From Hyphomicrobiaceae bacterium (lineage in GTDB: Bacteria; Pseudomonadota; Alphaproteobacteria; Rhizobiales; Hyphomicrobiaceae), in the NCBI GenBank assembly GCA_039808585.1, contig JBDHTJ010000002.1:1440-65439 (forward strand): a stretch of DNA of 64,000 nt, given 5' to 3'. Under the pieces are notes generated by a model, which saw only the letters and a program-made list of their open reading frames with translations, ran no database searches and was not told the origin of the DNA. Shown piece by piece: positions 58,478 through 64,000 of the stretch. Both the position numbers and the translations under genes were made by a program. Within the stretch, counting starts at the first letter, position 1; every line of letters starts with the position of its first letter.

Positions 58478-59350
58478 TTAATCTTTGCCCTGCGAAATGC
58501 GCACGCTGGCGCTCATTCCAGGTTTCAGCATCATGTCCTGGTTATCGACCTCGAGGACGACCTTGTAGTGGACCTCGCCGTTGATGGTCTCGGGCTCGTT
58601 GCGCACCTGAACAACCTTCGCGTTGAACGCTTTCCTCGGAAAAGCCTTGGCCGTGCATGCGCCATTGTCTCCCGGCTTGATGCCTGCGACTTCCGCTTCC
58701 TTAACGTTCGCGACGAGCTTCAGCTTCTTCAGGTCGCTCGCGACGACGAACAGCGTTGGCGTCTGGAGCGTTGCCGCGATCGTCTCCCCTGGTTCAACGC
58801 GCCGGGCGAGAACCGTCCCGTCCACCGGCATGACGATATTCGTGTAATTGAGATTGAGCTCGGCTCCATCCAACTCCGCCTTGCGCAAGTCGATGTTCGC
58901 CTTGTCCACCACGATCTGCGCCTTGCCCTGCTCGAATGTCGAGGTGATACCCTCGAAAACGCTTCGCGAGACGACCCCCTTTTCGAAGAGGGCCTTGTTC
59001 CTCTCGTAGGCGGCCTGCGCCTGCACCAGCGCTGCTTCGTGCAGCACGAGTTGCGCCCGGGCACTCTCGAGCGCAGCTCTTGCCTGTTCGACCGTGCGCT
59101 GGAACCGCCGCGGATCAATGCGCGCGCACACCTGGCCCTTTTTCACGCTGGCGTTGTAATCGCAATCGACGCTTTCGACGATGCCCGAGACGTAGCTTCC
59201 CACCACCACCGTCTGAAGCGGCTCCAGCACGCCATTGGCGGTGACTTGAGCATGTACACCCGGTGCCATTACGAGCGGGCAGAGAAGCGCTCCAAGGGCT
59301 GCCATCGCGGCGCGCGATCCGCACAGGCGCAGAGAGTTGGTCATCGGCAT
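58478..59350 (-). CDS. HlyD-family periplasmic adaptor (membrane fusion protein)
   Basis: ATG at 59350. Signal/anchor region AAMAALGALLCPLVMAPGVHA, a lipoyl-like segment VVGSYVSGIVESVDCDYNASVKKGQVCARID, a coiled-coil hairpin, then YTNIVMPVDGTVLARRVEPGE and a beta-barrel end. No cognate pump gene is adjacent. Confidence 0.75.
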   Translation of the reverse strand: MPMTNSLRLCGSRAAMAALGALLCPLVMAPGVHAQVTANGVLEPLQTVVVGSYVSGIVESVDCDYNASVKKGQVCARIDPRRFQRTVEQARAALESARAQLVLHEAALVQAQAAYERNKALFEKGVVSRSVFEGITSTFEQGKAQIVVDKANIDLRKAELDGAELNLNYTNIVMPVDGTVLARRVEPGETIAATLQTPTLFVVASDLKKLKLVANVKEAEVAGIKPGDNGACTAKAFPRKAFNAKVVQVRNEPETINGEVHYKVVLEVDNQDMMLKPGMSASVRISQGKD

Positions 59351-59457
59351 ATCGATATGCTCCCGGCCGCGACGCGGCCATTTTGAAACGACGGCCTTCA
59401 AAAAACACGCAACATGCGTGCGAAATCGAGACACTCGGGCCGCGCTCATTAAAATCG

Positions 59458-60210
59458 CTAGGTCGTGCTCGTGCGCGGAAGCATATCGAGCGCGAAGAGG
59501 TAGAATATGCGCGGACATTCGATCAGGTAGCGCCTTGCAAGGCGGCGCGGATCCGAAAGCAGGCGATAGGCCCATTCGAGGCTGGAACGCTGCATCCATT
59601 CAGGCGCCCGCCGCTGCTTCCCCGTCAGGAAGTCGATCGAGGCCCCAATGCAAAGCCCGACCCCTTTGGCCTCAGGCCGTTCACCAATGCGTCGCGCCAG
59701 GATCTCCTGCTGGGGCATACCGACAGCAAGGAATACCAGGTCCGAGGCTGCGTCCACTACGAAATCGATGCATTTCGCCACCTCGGCATCCGAGCGGACG
59801 AAGTTCATCGGGGGCGCATAATGGGCGATCCTGAGTTCAGGATAGCGCCGCGATAGCTTTACGACCTCGTCCGTCGACGAGCCGATCACGGTCACCGTGA
59901 GGCGCAGGCGGGAGGCCTCGGGCATCAGGGCGGCCGTGAGATCGCTACCCGCAATCACAGGCAGATCGAGCCCGCGCAAACGGGCCAGGCGGCTGAGGAT
60001 GCGACTGTCGCAGAAGACCCCCCAGGCACTGTCGTAGGCCCGGCGCAGATCCTGCCCATCCTCGTGCAGCCTCACCATGTGATGCACGTTCGGCGTAACG
60101 ATGAAGCGAAACCCGCTCTTTGTGGAAGCGAGAATCTCTTCGACAGCCTCAGCAAGGACGAGCCGATCGAAGTCCTGGCTCAGAAAGCGAACTTTGTGGC
60201 GGTTACGCAT
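59458..60210 (-). CDS. WecB/TagA/CpsF family glycosyltransferase (GT26)
   Basis: FIVTPNVHHMV..., VIGSSTDEV..., LVFLAVGMPQQEILA..., GASIDFLTGKQRRAPEWMQRSSLEWAYRLLSDPRRL: the GT26 signature. Confidence 0.85.
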   Translation of the reverse strand: MRNRHKVRFLSQDFDRLVLAEAVEEILASTKSGFRFIVTPNVHHMVRLHEDGQDLRRAYDSAWGVFCDSRILSRLARLRGLDLPVIAGSDLTAALMPEASRLRLTVTVIGSSTDEVVKLSRRYPELRIAHYAPPMNFVRSDAEVAKCIDFVVDAASDLVFLAVGMPQQEILARRIGERPEAKGVGLCIGASIDFLTGKQRRAPEWMQRSSLEWAYRLLSDPRRLARRYLIECPRIFYLFALDMLPRTSTT

Positions 60211-60442
60211 GAACGACTACCTACCCGTACGAAGCCGACGTTTGTGGGCAGGCATTGCAAGCCGTATGCCGACGTCGGCCTCATAGGCCGGACGGGATGC
60301 CAGCCAAACAGCACGATAAATAAAATCTTAACACGGAATTTGTCCTGCACGCACAGTACCCTGCGCAAATTGGTTAATCCGTGTCTGGATTGCCTCACTG
60401 CGTGAATTGATTGGGTAACGGACGATTGCCATGTAGCCAGCA

Positions 60443-60475
60443 TAAAAAAGAGGCGCCGCGGCAACCGCGGCGCCT
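60443..60475 (-). terminator. strong rho-independent terminator (minus strand) after the thioesterase genes
   Basis: On the minus strand: AGGCGCCGCGG-TTG-CCGCGGCGCCT followed by CTTTTTTAT. An 11-bp perfect GC stem, 30 nt after the PaaI-like stop. Confidence 0.65.
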
Positions 60476-60504
60476 TCGTGGCGCATAGTCATGTTTCTTG
60501 CCGT

Positions 60505-60915
60505 TCAACCAGCCACCGGCAGCACCATCTGCGTCTGGGTCACGACGGCGCACAGCTTGCCCGCCTCGGACCGGATCGACGTCTGCCAGACCTGCGTAGA
60601 CTTGCCCTTGTGCAGGGGAACAGCCTCTGCGGTGACGACCGTACCGACCGGGGCTGCCCCCATGAAGTTGGTCTTGGACTCGATTGTCGTCGTGCGGGTG
60701 TTGGGCGGCAGGTTCACCACAGTGCCAACGGCCCCAATGGTGTCGGCAAACGCCATGAAGGCCCCCCCGTGCAACACGCCTCCGGCCGTACACAAGTCGG
60801 GACGCACCTTCATCGTGGCGATGATACGGTCCGGAACGGCCTGCTTGATCTCGATGCCCAGCAATCCCGGGAGAAGCGGAGCAAAAAGGGCTTGGATCTG
60901 ATCGATTGTGGGCAT
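60505..60915 (-). CDS. PaaI-family hotdog-fold thioesterase
   Basis: 136 aa. ...LLGIEIKQAVPDRIIATMKVRPDLCTAGGVLHGGAFMAFADTIGAV...TTIESKTNFM... is the PaaI/YigI pattern. Confidence 0.8.
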   Translation of the reverse strand: MPTIDQIQALFAPLLPGLLGIEIKQAVPDRIIATMKVRPDLCTAGGVLHGGAFMAFADTIGAVGTVVNLPPNTRTTTIESKTNFMGAAPVGTVVTAEAVPLHKGKSTQVWQTSIRSEAGKLCAVVTQTQMVLPVAG

Positions 60916-60963
60916 GGGAGCGTCTCCTCCTTGTTCGTTACAAGGTGAGTATGGGAGAGCGGC

Positions 60964-61383
60964 TCAACCCTGCAAAGCGGTGCGAAGGGCCGCCGACAGG
61001 CGCATGGGACGCCCCGACGCCGAAATCAGCACCACCATCACCTCTGCGGTAAAGATATCGCTTCCCGCGCGCGAGATCCGCTGGTCAAGGACAAGGGTTG
61101 CAGCCGACGTTTCCTTCACCCGAGTCGTCACCTCGAGCACCTCGTCGATCCGCGCCGGGCGCAGGAACTCGAGCCCCATCCGCCGCACTACGAACGCGGC
61201 TGGTTCACGTCCCTCCGCGCCTTCGAGAAGCGCACGATGGTCGTTGCCGACAAGGCGAAGGAAATCGGACCGGCCCCGCTCGCACCAGCGAACATAGGAA
61301 CCGTGATAAACGAGGCCCGAGAACTCTGGCTTGCCAACATCGCAACACAGCGGCTTGATTCCATTGGGGCGCTGGAGGGCTAT
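60964..61383 (-). CDS. YbgC/4HBT-type hotdog thioesterase paralog lacking a canonical start codon (possible pseudogene)
   Basis: The track ORF starts at GTG 61188. The same frame stays open upstream and encodes ...KPLCCDVGKPEFSGLVYHGSYVRWCERGRSDFLRLVGNDHRALLEG..., paralogous to the upstream gene (RVYFEDTDAGQIVYHANFLRFMERGRTNYLRLLG). There is no in-frame ATG, GTG or TTG between the upstream stop (61406) and 61188. The 5' end given here (ATA at 61383) is a guess. Confidence 0.45.
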   Translation of the reverse strand: MALQRPNGIKPLCCDVGKPEFSGLVYHGSYVRWCERGRSDFLRLVGNDHRALLEGAEGREPAAFVVRRMGLEFLRPARIDEVLEVTTRVKETSAATLVLDQRISRAGSDIFTAEVMVVLISASGRPMRLSAALRTALQG

Positions 61384-61405
61384 AGCGTGAACAAGCGTAG
61401 ATTCT

Positions 61406-61846
61406 CTACGCTCCTTCCATAGCGAGCCGTAGCGCCTTCGGGATCCGTTGCGCCCTTCCGCCTGAGATAAATGCTACCCGCACGCGGGCCGCGACCAAAA
61501 GATCGTCTCCGCGTCGACATTCCTGCAGCAGGGTAATCGATGCGCCCTTGACCTCTGCGGGGATTGTGATGACATCAAGCAAGTCGTCCAAGGCCGCTGG
61601 TTTTAGGAAATCGATTGTCATTGAACGGACAACGAAGGCGAAGCTTGGCGCATCGTCGTGCGCTTCTTTGAGTAGCTCCCGCTGATTGGTCCCGAGCAGA
61701 CGCAGGTAATTCGTTCTTCCCCGTTCCATGAAGCGCAAGAAATTGGCGTGATAAACAATCTGGCCGGCGTCCGTATCTTCGAAATAGACGCGGACCTGCA
61801 TATGATGGCGACCGTCGCGAATTTCTCCGTCAAGAGATGTTGTCAC
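61406..61846 (-). CDS. YbgC/4HBT-type acyl-CoA thioesterase (hotdog fold)
   Basis: VRVYFEDTDAGQIVYHANFLRFMERGRTNYLRLLG...FVVRSMTIDFLKPAALDDLLDV. The likely start is GTG at 61846 or ATG at 61801. The ORF track start at 61981 overlaps the pAgo 3' end and crosses an AT-rich gap. Confidence 0.8.
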   Translation of the reverse strand: MTTSLDGEIRDGRHHMQVRVYFEDTDAGQIVYHANFLRFMERGRTNYLRLLGTNQRELLKEAHDDAPSFAFVVRSMTIDFLKPAALDDLLDVITIPAEVKGASITLLQECRRGDDLLVAARVRVAFISGGRAQRIPKALRLAMEGA

Positions 61847-61922
61847 AGAAATATCCACTTGTTGTATATCGGGAACTAATTGACTCGGATCATTATTCTG
61901 GCTCGCGGTTGGCCAGTCGACG

Positions 61923-63341
61923 TCACATGAAGAAACGAAATTGATAGGGAGCGGAGCCCAATCCGTCCATTCGTTTGACAACGCGCGCGAGCGTTTTTGC
62001 GTATGCCATGGTCACCGGCAGCATGTCGTACAGTGCGTCGTTGTTCCAATCCATCTTCGCGAGCGCGAGAGCTGACCGGGCGGTTTCGTTCCACGAGCCG
62101 TGCCCTGCATGACGGACCAGTCGAATCGGACGAGGCGTGCTGCGGCCGCCTTGGTAATACGAGCGCTCCGCGACGCCTTTTACATCGCCATGCATCCACA
62201 GCAGACACTCGCGGTCTCCGAGCGGGATCAGGGTACCACGATCGACCGGATAACCCGTTGGCTTCCCTTTGCCGCTTTGGCGGTCGCGATCGATGCGAAC
62301 ACCTCTCCAGCCGACGTCCTCCACGACCTGCACGAGATCGACCGCTTCGCACAGATGCAGCGCTTCCATGCAGCCGTCGATCTCGTCCTTCTTGAATTCT
62401 GTCGTCTTGTGTACCGTCACTCTCCGGGGAGAGCGACCCGAGTGCCGACGTCGGTAGAGATCTAGCGATCGGCCCATCACGCGGAACATCTCCGTCCGGG
62501 ACATGAACGGATTGTCCCGCTGGACATCGATTTCATGGGCATCGTAGGCGACGAACTCAAGACCCGCCCCTTCCGCATCGAACACTTGGCTACAGCAGGT
62601 GACAAAGCGTGGCCGGTCTGACTCGGTCGGACGCAGCGCATAAGAGAGACCGATGTAGGCGGCCTCAGGATCCGAATCTGCGAGTTTCCAGGGAATGCCG
62701 CCAGCCTTCGCGTAAATCGCTAGGCCGATCCGCCACATGACGCTCGCACGGTCCGGATAGGCGAGCGCGCGGTCTTCACGGACGAGTTGGATTGGAATGC
62801 GTCGCGCTGCGGTAGCGGCCTTCAGGTGGTCATGGAGATCGAAGTCGTCGCCGTCTGCTCCCGTGAACCCGGCTGCCCAGCTTTGCGGGATGTAGATGAA
62901 GACAATGTCGAACGCGTCGCGGCGAGCCTCCAACGATCGGATCGCGCGAAGCAAGCGGTCCGCCAGCACGACATGGGGGGTGACTGAGTCCTTCATTTCG
63001 CCATCGAGCCGGTCGTCCAGCTCTATATGGCAATCCTTGACCGCGCCCCGCATGTCGAGATTGAACGCTTTGCGGAAACCGGGCCAGGGAGGCAGGTAGT
63101 CCTTGCGCTCCGTCGGCTTGTACTGGAACGCCAGTTCCTTCATGAAGCCGTAGAGTCGGTTTCCCTGCCGTGCCGGTGCGATCGTCGCGATCCGGATGGG
63201 ATCCGGAACAAGACCGGATGAATAGGGCCCGAACCGCAGCAGTCCACGCAAAGGATGGAGATCCACGTCCGACGCGCGGTCTGGATGAAACGCGAGCTTG
63301 GCTTCGGGAAAAAACAAATGAGGCGATATCTCGCTGCTCAT
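61923..63341 (-). CDS. short prokaryotic Argonaute (MID-PIWI, predicted catalytically inactive)
   Basis: ATG at 63341 (MSSEISPHLFFPE), 472 aa. MID-like FDLHDHLKAATAARRIPIQLV...YAKAGGIPWKL (H-K-Q-K pocket pattern). PIWI-like AAYIGLSYAL, RVTVHKTTEFKKDEIDG, MDWNNDALYDMLPVTMAYAKTLARVV, and C-terminal YQFRFFM. The slicer D/E/D/H positions are substituted. The start overlaps the upstream ORF stop (ATGA). Confidence 0.85.
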   Translation of the reverse strand: MSSEISPHLFFPEAKLAFHPDRASDVDLHPLRGLLRFGPYSSGLVPDPIRIATIAPARQGNRLYGFMKELAFQYKPTERKDYLPPWPGFRKAFNLDMRGAVKDCHIELDDRLDGEMKDSVTPHVVLADRLLRAIRSLEARRDAFDIVFIYIPQSWAAGFTGADGDDFDLHDHLKAATAARRIPIQLVREDRALAYPDRASVMWRIGLAIYAKAGGIPWKLADSDPEAAYIGLSYALRPTESDRPRFVTCCSQVFDAEGAGLEFVAYDAHEIDVQRDNPFMSRTEMFRVMGRSLDLYRRRHSGRSPRRVTVHKTTEFKKDEIDGCMEALHLCEAVDLVQVVEDVGWRGVRIDRDRQSGKGKPTGYPVDRGTLIPLGDRECLLWMHGDVKGVAERSYYQGGRSTPRPIRLVRHAGHGSWNETARSALALAKMDWNNDALYDMLPVTMAYAKTLARVVKRMDGLGSAPYQFRFFM

Positions 63342-64000
63342 GCTCGGGCTCTCCCCGAGAAAGCTGTGACATCGCCCAGCCTGAAGGCCGCATTCACACC
63401 AGTGCTGATTCCAAGCGCCGGAAGGTCGCGCTGCGGGGACGCGAACAGCATCGACCAAAACTCGAGCAAGGCATTGAGCGCAGGATTGTAGCGTCTCACA
63501 ATCCGTTCGCGCGCGAAATCGGTGGCGGCGGCCCTGTTCTCCCTTGTAAGTCCTTCGAATACGGTGCGCGGCTCGAGCAGAAGCCAAAGCCGCTCATCCA
63601 CCCAATCCAGCCTGATCCCCACGCCTTCTTTCCATTTTAGTTCGGGTTGCTTCGGCACCAATCCACCTAGACTTCCGGTCAGCTTCCTCAGCGGCGCCCA
63701 TTTTTCGTCATCAACGGAGGTCGGCGTCAACAGGTCGGCGCCTCTGCGACGGGCAGCGATCATCCGATGTTCGCGGGTGAGAGCTCGGGTCAGTGCTTCG
63801 CGGAGAAGGCCCCGTTCGTGACTATCGTAACGCAGCCGCCGGGTTTCAATTGAATGCAGATCGAAGCTTTCGATCTCATATGCGGAAAGGACTGCTCTGA
63901 TATCGGCGTCAGCACCGAAGGCCAGCACGCCTGCTTTCGAACGGGTGCCAATGACCGGCAGGCCCGACGCTTCGATTGCCGACTTGATTTCCGCCACGCC
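63338..64000 (-). CDS. C-terminal part of pAgo partner protein (APAZ-like domain); the N-terminal effector lies outside the window
   Basis: The minus frame is open from the window edge to TGA at 63338 (at least 220 codons). ...KWKEGVGIRLDWVDERLWLLLEPRTVFEG...FARERIVRRYNPALNALLEFW... has the look of APAZ C-terminal regions of SIR2/TIR/Mrr-APAZ proteins. Stop and start overlap with pAgo. This is a partial gene. Confidence 0.6.
   Translation of the reverse strand, partial: GVAEIKSAIEASGLPVIGTRSKAGVLAFGADADIRAVLSAYEIESFDLHSIETRRLRYDSHERGLLREALTRALTREHRMIAARRRGADLLTPTSVDDEKWAPLRKLTGSLGGLVPKQPELKWKEGVGIRLDWVDERLWLLLEPRTVFEGLTRENRAAATDFARERIVRRYNPALNALLEFWSMLFASPQRDLPALGISTGVNAAFRLGDVTAFSGRARA

Noticed and set aside
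63342-63587. 82-codon N-terminal extension of the Argonaute ORF (track start 63587)
   Set aside because: It overlaps the 3' end of the APAZ-like ORF in another frame. The ATG at 63341 forms an ATGA stop/start overlap and is followed immediately by the conserved short-pAgo N-terminus.

Overview
High-GC, alphaproteobacterium-like chromosomal segment, read from the supplied ORF track and by eye only. No searches were run. About 1-27 kb is mostly core or metabolic. It holds a crotonase, gyrA, a fadE/fadJ-type/thiolase beta-oxidation operon with a palindromic operator candidate, and an orphan soxYZ pair plus a CDGSH protein. It also holds a livHMGF-x-SBP branched-chain amino-acid ABC operon, an AMIN-amidase, and an acyltransferase-3 gene next to a decayed paralog and an IS-like remnant. 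A YegS-type lipid kinase, a tiny secreted protein with a VPEID-CTERM-like sorting tail, rpoH, rluD, a second crotonase and PCu(A)C complete this part. About 28-60 kb is a ~32 kb Wzx/Wzy-type polysaccharide locus. It contains a priming phosphoglycosyltransferase, rfbCBDA, an export protein, Wzx, Wzy, a Wzz-like protein plus a Walker-A-dead kinase-like ATPase, wecE, GT2/GT4/GT26/GT61 transferases, an O-acetyltransferase, a frameshifted SGNH gene and a Tat-exported GH-A-like hydrolase. Embedded in it is a tightly coupled ACP / adenylating ligase / AsnB-like / NadE-like operon that converges on a HemK-family methyltransferase. The last ~3.5 kb (60.4-64 kb) carries three tandem hotdog thioesterases directly downstream of a short, catalytically dead prokaryotic Argonaute. 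The Argonaute is translationally coupled to an APAZ-like partner ORF whose effector domain lies beyond the window edge. This is the most defence-like element here. No rRNA, tRNA or CRISPR array was recognised. Many long ORFs in the track are antisense shadows typical of high-GC DNA and were rejected.
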